Shown one piece after another: positions 1 to 7,717 of a stretch of 25,460 nucleotides of DNA. Position numbers and translations under genes: made by a program. Source of the stretch: a virus (lineage: Duplodnaviria > Caudoviricetes); IMG/VR virus record IMGVR_UViG_3300005528_000178, positions 1 to 25,460 of that record. The stretch is one strand, 5' to 3'. Numbering within the stretch: the stretch's first letter is position 1; each line of letters starts with the position of its first letter. The notes beneath the pieces are model-generated. The model searched no databases. It worked only from the letters and a program-made list of their open reading frames with translations, and had not been told where the DNA came from.

Positions 1-698
1 AGAACGGTGACACAGTCGGCATCATCAGGCTTGAAGAGAGCGTGAAGATGGCGGCGCGTGATCTGATGGGACTGTCCATCAGTAAGCGACTGAGGAAGTA
101 CTGGAAGCAGACAACCGCTGAGGAGAAGAAGCTTGCTTATAGTCTCACTCTTGGGACTGGTCGTGTTTACCTATATGACCACTTTGGTTCGACCGACATC
201 GACAATATCATCTCTCGCATCCGCTATCTTGCTGTTAGCTGCGGTTGCGGGATGGTCGTTCTGGACCACATCTCTATTGTCATCTCTGGAGAGGAAGACG
301 GTGACGAGCGTCGAATGCTCGACAACCTGATGACCAAACTCAAGACAGTAGCGATGGAGACAAGGATCGTTCTCCACATCGTGTCCCACCTCAAGCGTCC
401 CTCTGGTGATAAGGGACATGAGGAAGGCGCTCAGACTTCCCTCGCTCAGCTTCGTGGGTCTCATGCCATCGCTCAGCTTGCGGACCTTGTCGTTGGCGTG
501 GAGCGTAACCAACAGGACGAGCGGTTCAAGAACGTGAACGTCCTTCGTGTCTTGAAGAACCGCTACACTGGTGAGACTGGTCTCGCTGGATGGTTGATCT
601 ACGATCAGGAGAGTGGCCGCTTGACTGAGGCGCTCGATGATCCGTTTACAAAGGAGGTCCCACATGCGGGACAAGGAGACACCGATAGTCCATTCTAA
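1..698 (+). CDS. T7 gp4-like primase/helicase, C-terminal DnaB-type helicase part (5' end outside the window)
   Basis: The frame is open from nt 3 (NGDTVGIIRLEESVK). It contains the SF4 helicase motifs LEES, VVLDHISI, IVSHLKRP, LRGS-AIAQLAD and VLKNRYTGETG. Confidence 0.95.
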   Translation, partial: NGDTVGIIRLEESVKMAARDLMGLSISKRLRKYWKQTTAEEKKLAYSLTLGTGRVYLYDHFGSTDIDNIISRIRYLAVSCGCGMVVLDHISIVISGEEDGDERRMLDNLMTKLKTVAMETRIVLHIVSHLKRPSGDKGHEEGAQTSLAQLRGSHAIAQLADLVVGVERNQQDERFKNVNVLRVLKNRYTGETGLAGWLIYDQESGRLTEALDDPFTKEVPHAGQGDTDSPF

Positions 699-894
699 GA
701 GAGACACTCCTGTCCTCATAGATGGCAGTGGTGGGTGCAAGTTCACCCGCTGCTACTACAATGGGCATCCTTCGATCATGCTTGAACACGCTGATCTTGG
801 ACGCCCTCTTCTCATCACAGGCCCTGTTCTCGCTGGCATCAATGGATGGCTGGCGAGGCTGGTGCAGGAACAAAAGAACATCACTCTTCAATAA
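664..894 (+). CDS. Hypothetical protein (76 aa)
   Basis: Strong SD AAGGAGG at 651-657 precedes ATG 664. The ORF overlaps the helicase end and fills the gap to the RNR gene. Confidence 0.7.
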   Translation: MRDKETPIVHSKRDTPVLIDGSGGCKFTRCYYNGHPSIMLEHADLGRPLLITGPVLAGINGWLARLVQEQKNITLQ

Positions 895-904
895 GGATAT
901 AAGA

Positions 905-1673
905 ATGCAGGGTCCCACCCTCCCCATCTCTATCGAAATCGACACCATGAAGTATCGTCAGGAAGGCGAGACCCACCGTGACAAGTGTACCCGCATCGCT
1001 GACGGTATGAAGGATAGTGACGAGCACTTCCATGCTATTCGTGACATCCTACTTGATCAGCGATTTCTTCCGGCTGGTCGTATCCAAGCTGCTGTCGGTG
1101 CCGCTCGACAAGTAACTCCGTTTAACTGCTTCGTGTCTCCGACGATCCCTGACAGTATGTCTGGTATCATGGACGTAGCTAAGTTTGCTGCTGAGACGAT
1201 GAGACTTGGAGGTGGTATTGGCTATGACTTCTCAACCATCCGCCCGCGTGGAGACATTATCGCAAAGACTGGCTCCCCCGCTTCGGGTCCGGTGTCGTTC
1301 ATGCGGATATTTGACGCAGTGTGTGGGACAGTGGCATCCGCTGGACACAGGCGAGGGGCACAGATGGGTGTGCTGCGGGTGGACCATCCTGACATTGAGG
1401 AGTTCATCAGAGCTAAGCAGAATACAAATCATCTCACCAACTTCAACGTGAGCATCGGTATCACTGATGCCTTCATGGAAGCTGTTGAGAAGAACGAGGG
1501 CTTCGACCTGGTGTGGAACGGAAAGAAGTACCGGACCATCAACGCTCTGAACCTGTGGAACGAGATCATGCGCTCCACTTGGGACTGGGCTGAGCCGGGA
1601 GTTCTGTTCATCGACCGCATCAACGAGATGAATAACCTGTGGTACTGCGAAGACATCGCAGCCACCAATCCGT
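905..1673 (+). CDS. nrdJ: Class II (adenosylcobalamin-dependent) ribonucleotide reductase, exon 1
   Basis: TAAGGA precedes ATG 905. Motifs FLPAGRI, NCFV, GGGIGYDFS-IRPRG, SGPVSFM, RRGAQM, HPDIEEFI, NFNVS and EPGVLFIDRIN are present. The exon ends at ATNP plus the first base (T1673) of the catalytic Cys codon. No class I beta-subunit gene is nearby. Confidence 0.9.
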
Positions 1674-1802
1674 AAGAGAACACTTCACCACACATGCGGA
1701 TTTAAAACCTCTCCTGATTGACTTGGAAGTTCTTGCAGGAACGACAGGGCGCAAGGGTAATGCCAGCGTGAGAGACTGAGCGGAGAGGCTACGGGCAGTA
1801 CG

Positions 1803-1817
1803 GCTCCTATCTGGAGT
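1803..1817 (+). promoter_or_regulatory. Small hairpin sequestering the endonuclease Shine-Dalgarno
   Basis: GCTCC-TATCT-GGAGT: CTCC pairs with the GGAG SD. Confidence 0.45.
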
Positions 1818-1824
1818 ATGTACA

Positions 1825-2241
1825 ATAGAAACAAAAGAATGCCCCTGTTGTAAGAAGCATCTTACACAGGATCAGTTCGCCTTCAGAGGCGGTAATCGTA
1901 TCGGTCCACAACACACTTGTAAAACTTGTACGTTGGATCGCTTACGCAAGCACAGACGATACACCAGAGCTTTCATGTCCCGATATAAGACAATGAAGGG
2001 GTGTGTGTCGTGTGGGGTTAAACACCTACATCCAGTCCAGTACGACTTAGATCATGTCAACCCGCAGGACAAACGGAACAGACAGATCAAATCGAACAGT
2101 CGAGCGATTGAACCTTCTTGGAGCCTAGCAAGGATCAAAGAGGAGATGCGGAAGTGTCAGGTTCTCTGTAAGAACTGTCACGCGCTCAAGACTTACCTCG
2201 AAAAAGACTATCTCAACCACACAAACCAACTAACAAACTAA
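1825..2241 (+). CDS. Intron-encoded HNH homing endonuclease with N-terminal Cys4 zinc finger (probable ATA start, 138 aa)
   Basis: The ORF lies inside the P8 loop. The frame extends upstream of the called TTG 1933 to include CPCCKK...F...CKTC. The HNH core is CVSCG...DLDHVNP...K...KCQVLCKNCH. SD GGAG 1813-1816 is 8 nt before ATA 1825; the exact start is uncertain. Confidence 0.85.
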   Translation: METKECPCCKKHLTQDQFAFRGGNRIGPQHTCKTCTLDRLRKHRRYTRAFMSRYKTMKGCVSCGVKHLHPVQYDLDHVNPQDKRNRQIKSNSRAIEPSWSLARIKEEMRKCQVLCKNCHALKTYLEKDYLNHTNQLTN

Positions 2242-2311
2242 AGCCGTCTACTGCCCGTAGATGCGACAGTCCACATCTAGATCATACACTGCAAATCGGT
2301 GATCTAGATTG

Positions 2312-3252
2312 GTGCAGAACAACCACTACCCCCCAACGGTGCTTGCTTACTTGGGTCCTTCAATCTGGTGAAGTACATCAAGGTTGCTGAACACACCTCG
2401 CTCAGTGAACCAGTGTACTACTTCGACTTTGAACAGTTCGACAAGGACATCCCCGTTGTGGTCCGTGCAATGGACAACATCGTGGACCGTGCGCTGTATC
2501 CTCTGACCGAACAGTATGAGGAAGCTAAGGCGAAGCGAAGGATGGGCCTTGGGTTCACCGGAGTTGCCAACGCACTGGAAGTTCTCGGCTACCAGTATGG
2601 TTCACCGGAGTTCATCAAGTACTTGTCTGAACTGACCCGCGTCTTCACCAACGAGGTCTACATGGCTTCCGCTATGTTGTCGAAGGAGAAGGGTCCGTTC
2701 CCTCTGTTCGACAAGAACCTATACCTCGCTGGTTCCTTCATCGAGAAACTTGATCAGGATGTGCAAGATGCAATCGAAGAACATGGTATCCGCAATAGCC
2801 ACCTCACCTCCATCGCTCCAACTGGAACTATTTCCCTCGCTGCCGACAATGTATCCTCCGGTATCGAGCCAGTGTTCAGCTACGGGTTCGACCGAACAAT
2901 CCAGACATACGAAGGACCCCGCGTTGAACGAGTTGATGACTATGGGGTGCGCGTATTCGGTGTTCGTGGTCGAACCGCCGATCAGTGCAGCGTAACCGAA
3001 CACGTGGACACACTCATTGCTGTGTCTGAGTGGATCGACAGCGCAGTCAGCAAGACTTGTAATGTCGGAGACAACGTAACCTTCGATGAGTTCAAGGACG
3101 TTTACATGAGGGCCTGGAAGGGTGGCTGCAAAGGAGCAACCACGTTCCGTGCTGCTGGTAAGCGTATGGGTATCCTCAACGCTGCACCTCAGGAAGGTGA
3201 GGGTGCCGCTTGTTACATTGACAAGGAGACAGGGAAGAAGACATGCGAATAG
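2312..3252 (+). CDS. nrdJ: Class II ribonucleotide reductase, exon 2 (spliced product 569 aa)
   Basis: It reads (t)GT GCA GAA CAA = C-A-E-Q-P-L-P-P-N-G-A-C-L-L-G-S-F-N-L. Further motifs are RRMGLG, GIRNSHLTSIAPTGTIS, SSGIEP, IDSAVSKTCN and GCKG-T-FR, plus a C-terminal Cys pair ACYID...TCE. Confidence 0.92.
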
Positions 3253-3413
3253 AAGTAGTCTCTATCCACGACACTGCTGATGGTGGCTGTCGTGTCCTTT
3301 TCGAGATGGACGATGACACCATGTACCAGTTCATGCGGATTGGTTTGATGTCAGTACTCCGCACCGCTGCTGAACAGGCTATCGCTGAACACGATAAGGA
3401 GGATGATGAGTAA
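3243..3413 (+). CDS. Small acidic hypothetical protein (56 aa, MRIEVVSIHDTADGGCRVLFEMDDD...HDKEDDE)
   Basis: Not in the ORF track (below its length cutoff). It overlaps the nrdJ stop and the thyX start, has a purine-rich upstream sequence and phage-typical codons. Confidence 0.7.
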   Translation: MRIEVVSIHDTADGGCRVLFEMDDDTMYQFMRIGLMSVLRTAAEQAIAEHDKEDDE

Positions 3414-4080
3414 GATCACCGTCGATCTAATTGACCACATGGGTGACGATCTGCGGGTGGCTAACGCTGCCCGCGTTTCGTTTGCGAAGGAGAGTGAGTA
3501 CCAAGCGTATCCTTCTGAGGATAGAGGATGGGACTACAAGCTCTCCGACAAGGACACCAAGCTGATCCACTACCTCGCCAAGCATGGACACTGGTCGCCG
3601 TTCTCCCACTGCTTCCTCACGTTCCGCATCAAGGCACCTATCTTCGTCGCTCGTCAGCTTCAGAAGCATCAGGTGGGCTTGAGTTGGAACGAGGTGAGTA
3701 GGCGGTACGTGGACACTGAGCCTGAGTTCTACATGCCTGATGTGTGGAGGAAGCGGGCTGAGAATGTCAAGCAGGGTAGCTTGGACGATGGCTTCCCAGT
3801 TCCGACTGAGAACATGCAGATGTTCTACAAGGGCATGGTGTCCCACTACAACCATCTACTTGCGAATGGCGTCTGCCCCGAACAGGCCCGCATGGTACTG
3901 CCTCAGTCCATGATGACTGAGTGGTACTGGTCCGGTTCTCTCTATGCGTTTGCCCGCGTGTGTAAGCTTCGGCTCGATCCTCACGCACAGAAGGAGACGC
4001 GAGAGGTGGCACAGTGGATTGCGGATTACAGCATCAAGCTGTTCCCTGTTAGCTGGCCCGCACTGATGAACAACGAATAA
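3406..4080 (+). CDS. thyX: Flavin-dependent thymidylate synthase
   Basis: Motifs NAARVSF, GHWSPF, APIFVARQL-KHQ...SWNEVSRRY, EQARMVLPQ and LRLDPHAQKE. SD TAAGGAGG 3395-3402 favours the second ATG (3406). Confidence 0.95.
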   Translation: MSKITVDLIDHMGDDLRVANAARVSFAKESEYQAYPSEDRGWDYKLSDKDTKLIHYLAKHGHWSPFSHCFLTFRIKAPIFVARQLQKHQVGLSWNEVSRRYVDTEPEFYMPDVWRKRAENVKQGSLDDGFPVPTENMQMFYKGMVSHYNHLLANGVCPEQARMVLPQSMMTEWYWSGSLYAFARVCKLRLDPHAQKETREVAQWIADYSIKLFPVSWPALMNNE

Positions 4081-4082
4081 CC

Positions 4083-4110
4083 AAGGGACCTTCGGGTCCC
4101 TTTTTCTTTC
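4083..4110 (+). terminator. Intrinsic terminator after thyX
   Basis: AAGGGACC-TTCG-GGTCCCTT followed by a T-rich tract; C(UUCG)G tetraloop. Confidence 0.85.
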
Positions 4111-4126
4111 TCTAAGGGAGATCGTA

Positions 4127-5965
4127 TTGACCACACTCGTATTCGACATTGAGACCAATGGTCTCCTCGATGAACTGGATCGCGTCCACTGTCTGGTTAT
4201 CCGCTACATCGGACATGATGAGATCGAAGGCAACATCCTCTCTTGTGGACCTAACGACATTGAGAAGGGTGTACGTGAGTTGATGGAAGCTGATGTCCTC
4301 ATCGGCCACAACATCCTCAAGTTCGACATCCCCGCTATCCAGAAGGTGTACCCTTGGTTCAAGCCCAAGGCCAAGCTGATGGACACCCTGATCCTTGCCC
4401 GTCTCATCTTCCCTGAGATTGCGAAGATGGACTACGGCTTGGCTGAGAAGGGTCAGCTACCTAAGAAGCTCATCGGACGCTACTCACTGGAAGCCTTCGG
4501 CTACCGCATCGGTGAGTACAAGGGTGACTACAAGGGAGGCTGGTCTGAGTGGTCGCAAGAGATGCAGGACTACTGCGAACAGGACATCGAGGTAACCTCC
4601 AAGCTGTACCACAAGCTGATGGAGCGGAAGGAGCAACATGGATACTCCGACTACTGCATCGAGCTTGAGCATCGTGTCGCTGAGATCATCTTCCGTCAGG
4701 AACAGAACGGCTTTGGCTTCGACATGCAGAAGGCAGGGCAGTTGCATCAGGAGCTTCTCGTCAAGCGTATCGAGCTTGAGAAGCAGTTGATGACAATGTT
4801 CCCGCCGTGGGAAGTGAAGACCCCCTTCGTCCCCAAGGTGAACAACAAGACACGCGGCTATGTGAAGGGCCAGCTTACCTACAAGGTCCAGACGGTGGAG
4901 TTCAATCCCTCTTCTAGGCACCACATCGCCAAGGTACTCAAGGAGAAGCATGGTTGGGAACCAAAGGAGTTCACTGACAGTGGCGAGGCTAAGGTAGACG
5001 ATGACGTTCTTGCGTCCCTCGACTACCCTGAGGCCAAGCTACTGGCTGAGTACTTCCTGATCCAGAAGCGTCTCGGTCAGTTGGCTGAAGGCGGTGAAGG
5101 ACTGATGAAGCGTGAGAAGAACGGACGCATCCACGGTGAGGTGATCACCAACGGTGCGGTGACCGGACGGATGACGCATCGCAAGCCCAACATGGCCCAG
5201 GTCCCTGCCAATCGTTCTCCTTACGGGGAGCGCTTCCGCGAGTTGTTTATCCCACGTGCGGGATGGACGCTTGTTGGCTGTGACGCTGACGCCTTGGAGC
5301 TTCGGTGCTTGGCCCACTACATGGCCGCGTATGACAACGGTGAATACACTGAAGTCGTGCTGAAGGGTAAGAAGGAAGAAGGAACTGACATGCACTCTGT
5401 GAATTGCAGAGCTATCGGTCTCGATCCTAAGACACACCGCGACATAGCCAAGACTTTTTTCTACGCCTTCATCTACGGGGCAGGAAATCACAAGATAGGA
5501 ACCATCATCGGCACTGGTGATGACAAGACACTTGTGAAGATTGGTGAGCGTACCAGACGGAAGTTTCTTAAGAACCTTCCTGCGCTAGGCACTCTCACTG
5601 AGAAGGTGGCTACCAAAGTCAAGGCTACTGGTTCTCTCAAAGGTATCGATGGTCGCCGCTTGTCCTGCCGCTCTACACACTCAGCACTGAACACTCTTCT
5701 ACAGAGTGCCGGAGCTGTTGCGATGAAGGTGGCACAGGTGGCGATGGATGAAGACCTTCAGGCTGCTGGGTACGTACCAGGCTTGGACTATGAGTTTGTC
5801 GCTACGGTACACGATGAAGTCCAAATTGAGTGCAGACCTGACATCGCTGAGGTGGTGGGTAAGACCGCTGCTGATGCAATCCACAAGGCTGGCGAGAAGC
5901 TTGGGTTCAAGTGTCCGCTGGCAGGTAACTATGAGATTGGAGAGAGTTGGGCCAAGACACACTAG
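4127..5965 (+). CDS. T7 gp5-like family A DNA polymerase with 3'-5' exonuclease
   Basis: TTG start after GGGAG. ExoI FDIETNG, ExoII GHNILKFD, ExoIII YCEQD, motif A GCDADALELR, motif B RDIAKTFFYAFIYGAG, motif C VHDEVQ; ends GESWAKTH. Confidence 0.97.
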   Translation: MTTLVFDIETNGLLDELDRVHCLVIRYIGHDEIEGNILSCGPNDIEKGVRELMEADVLIGHNILKFDIPAIQKVYPWFKPKAKLMDTLILARLIFPEIAKMDYGLAEKGQLPKKLIGRYSLEAFGYRIGEYKGDYKGGWSEWSQEMQDYCEQDIEVTSKLYHKLMERKEQHGYSDYCIELEHRVAEIIFRQEQNGFGFDMQKAGQLHQELLVKRIELEKQLMTMFPPWEVKTPFVPKVNNKTRGYVKGQLTYKVQTVEFNPSSRHHIAKVLKEKHGWEPKEFTDSGEAKVDDDVLASLDYPEAKLLAEYFLIQKRLGQLAEGGEGLMKREKNGRIHGEVITNGAVTGRMTHRKPNMAQVPANRSPYGERFRELFIPRAGWTLVGCDADALELRCLAHYMAAYDNGEYTEVVLKGKKEEGTDMHSVNCRAIGLDPKTHRDIAKTFFYAFIYGAGNHKIGTIIGTGDDKTLVKIGERTRRKFLKNLPALGTLTEKVATKVKATGSLKGIDGRRLSCRSTHSALNTLLQSAGAVAMKVAQVAMDEDLQAAGYVPGLDYEFVATVHDEVQIECRPDIAEVVGKTAADAIHKAGEKLGFKCPLAGNYEIGESWAKTH

Positions 5966-6426
5966 ATAACAAGCGTTGTCCGCGATGTGGGGTACACAAG
6001 CCGACAACTGAGTTCTACATTAGACGCCGATCTGACAGGCCACAGAACACCTACATCTCTTCTGAATGCAAGGCTTGTAACTATGCCCGAACTAGCCGTG
6101 ATCGAATAGCAAACGCTAATAGGTCACGGGTTAGTTCTGCAAAGGGACGGGCAAAGAGGGCGGGGATACCGTTCGACATCGTTGCTACTGATCTAGCTTG
6201 GCCTACTCATTGTCCTGCTCTAGGGATCGAACTAGATTACAGCCTCGGAACTAAAGGTTCAGGTTCAAGAAGTAATAGTCCCTCGCTTGACCGAGTTATT
6301 CCATCCCTAGGTTATGTGAAGGGCAACGTAATCGTTGTCTCTCAACTCGCTAACGCAATCAAGACCAACGCCACAGTCGAACAGATTGAGCGAGTGGCGG
6401 CTTTCTATCGGCAATTCATCTCATAA
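5947..6426 (+). CDS. Free-standing HNH-type homing endonuclease
   Basis: N-terminal CPRC...EFY...CKAC zinc finger and C-terminal CPALG...SPSLDRVIPSLGYVKGNVIVVS..AN..K nuclease signature. It overlaps the polymerase stop and its codon usage is less C/G-ending than its neighbours'. Confidence 0.85.
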   Translation: MGQDTLDNKRCPRCGVHKPTTEFYIRRRSDRPQNTYISSECKACNYARTSRDRIANANRSRVSSAKGRAKRAGIPFDIVATDLAWPTHCPALGIELDYSLGTKGSGSRSNSPSLDRVIPSLGYVKGNVIVVSQLANAIKTNATVEQIERVAAFYRQFIS

Positions 6427-6439
6427 AGAGGACTATCCC

Positions 6440-6607
6440 ATGCTACAGAAACTAACTGAATGGTTGCGCCGACTGTGGCGTGACGATGTCCCTGACGCTG
6501 TCGAGCGTCTCTGGCTCGATGAGTATGCCCCATACGTTCGTGAGAAGTACGGCATCCCACAAGCGTTCATAGATGAGGAAAAGGAGGACAAGCATTGGAA
6601 CACCTGA
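6440..6607 (+). CDS. Small hypothetical protein (55 aa)
   Basis: GAGGA SD precedes ATG 6440; it overlaps the exonuclease start. Confidence 0.65.
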   Translation: MLQKLTEWLRRLWRDDVPDAVERLWLDEYAPYVREKYGIPQAFIDEEKEDKHWNT

Positions 6608-7335
6608 CGCTGCTGATCGATGGTGACATCATCTGCTACGAAGCTGCATCCGCTGTCGAACAAGAGATCGACTGGGGTGAAGACCTGTGGACCCTTCACT
6701 CCAACCTCGATGAGGCCAAGGCTCTGGTCGAGACTAAACTACTGGGGTGGCAGGAGAGGTTCTCTGCTGATGCCGTCATTGCTTTCTCCGACAGCACCAA
6801 CTTCCGCAAGACTGTCTACCCTGACTACAAAGGGAACCGTAAGTCCAAGCGGAAGCCTCTCGCCTACAAACCACTCAAGCAGTGGATGGAGGGCGTGTGG
6901 GAAAGCTACCAGCGTCCAGGTCTTGAGGGCGATGACATTCTCGGCATCCTTGCCACCCACCCCTCCGCTATCCGTGGGCAGAAGATCATCGTCTCCATCG
7001 ACAAGGACATGAAGACCATCCCCGGCTACGTGTGGAACCCTGACAAGGACGATGAGCCAGTCTTCTACTCAACTGAGGAGGCTGACTACTGGCACCTCTA
7101 CCAGACACTCACTGGTGACACCACTGACGGCTACCCCGGTCTCCCCGGATGTGGCCCCAAGGGTGCTGAGAAGGTACTGGAAGACCCCTCATGGAAAGCT
7201 GTTGTTGCTGCCTATGAGAAGAAGGGACTGACTGAGGATGATGCTCTTGTTCAAGCTAGGTGCGCCCGCATCCTCAGGGCGACTGACTATGACTACAGGA
7301 AGAAGGAGGTGAAGCTTTGGTTACCGACAGAATGA
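6595..7335 (+). CDS. T7 gp6-like 5'-3' exonuclease
   Basis: TTG start after AAGGAGG. Motifs LLIDGD, FRK.VYPDYKGNR, LEGDDILG, SIDKDM and GDTTDGYPGLPGCG. Confidence 0.93.
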   Translation: MEHLTLLIDGDIICYEAASAVEQEIDWGEDLWTLHSNLDEAKALVETKLLGWQERFSADAVIAFSDSTNFRKTVYPDYKGNRKSKRKPLAYKPLKQWMEGVWESYQRPGLEGDDILGILATHPSAIRGQKIIVSIDKDMKTIPGYVWNPDKDDEPVFYSTEEADYWHLYQTLTGDTTDGYPGLPGCGPKGAEKVLEDPSWKAVVAAYEKKGLTEDDALVQARCARILRATDYDYRKKEVKLWLPTE

Positions 7336-7637
7336 CAACCCCATGCTGGCTGTGTGACAGTATGGTAAAATGTGAGGACTGTAAGAAACCACCAGCACCT
7401 CTTAGTCCACCCAAGACCAAGTCAGACGGTGGCTCCACGGACTACTACAAAGTCCCCGCTGGTACCACTGACCTGATCGACCTGATCGAACACAAGAAGA
7501 TGTCCTTCGCACTCGGTAACATCTTCAAGGCTTGCTACCGATTGGGTGAGAAGGAGGGTAACGACCTCCTCTACGATCTCAACAAGATCATCTACTTCGC
7601 TGAACGGCTGAAAGCCCAGGTAGAAAACAACCGATAA
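7332..7637 (+). CDS. DUF3310 / T7 gp1.7-like protein (putative nucleotide kinase)
   Basis: ATGA overlap with the exonuclease stop. GGSTDYY...DLIE...SFALGNIFKACYR.G.K...DLNKIIYF pattern; N-terminal CxxC...CxxC. Confidence 0.7.
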   Translation: MTTPCWLCDSMVKCEDCKKPPAPLSPPKTKSDGGSTDYYKVPAGTTDLIDLIEHKKMSFALGNIFKACYRLGEKEGNDLLYDLNKIIYFAERLKAQVENNR

Positions 7638-7645
7638 CGTAATGA

Positions 7646-7684
7646 TCCCCGTAGGTTAGGGTACTTTTCCTGACCTATAGGGGA
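7646..7684 (+). promoter_or_regulatory. Imperfect long hairpin at the middle/late boundary (possible RNase III site)
   Basis: TCCCCGTAGGTTAGG pairs with CCTGACCTAT(A)GGGGA. There is no U tract. The position is equivalent to T7 phi6.5/R6.5. Confidence 0.45.
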
Positions 7685-7717
7685 CCCTTAGGACTACCAT
7701 AACAGGAACCAACTCCT

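Larger units (their letters stand above)
1674..2311 (+). mobile_element. Group I self-splicing intron (638 nt) in nrdJ
   Basis: The 5' exon ends in U and the intron ends in G. P1: exon AATCCGT pairs with GCGGATT 1696-1702, giving U.G at the splice site. P3: CCTCTCC 1708-1714 / GGAGAGG 1782-1788. P7: GACTG 1774-1778 / CAGTC 2267-2271. P8: CTACGGGCAGTA 1789-1800 / TACTGCCCGTAG 2249-2260. P9: ATCTAGATCA 2275-2284 / TGATCTAGAT 2300-2309. Removal restores TNP-C-AEQPLPP in frame. Confidence 0.93.

Noticed and set aside
722-904. N-terminal extension of the RNR ORF from 722 as given in the ORF track
   Set aside because: It overlaps the 664-894 gene, has no RNR-like sequence, and ATG 905 has its own SD.
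1673-2368. nrdJ as a pseudogene, a naturally split two-gene enzyme, or an intein-containing gene
   Set aside because: The in-frame stop excludes an intein. The group I core pairings and exact restoration of the Cys codon explain the break. The GTG 2368 start would omit the essential CAEQ...C segment.
5947-6426. Second intron, in the DNA polymerase gene
   Set aside because: The polymerase is complete (ends GESWAKTH-stop) and no group I core flanks this HNH gene.
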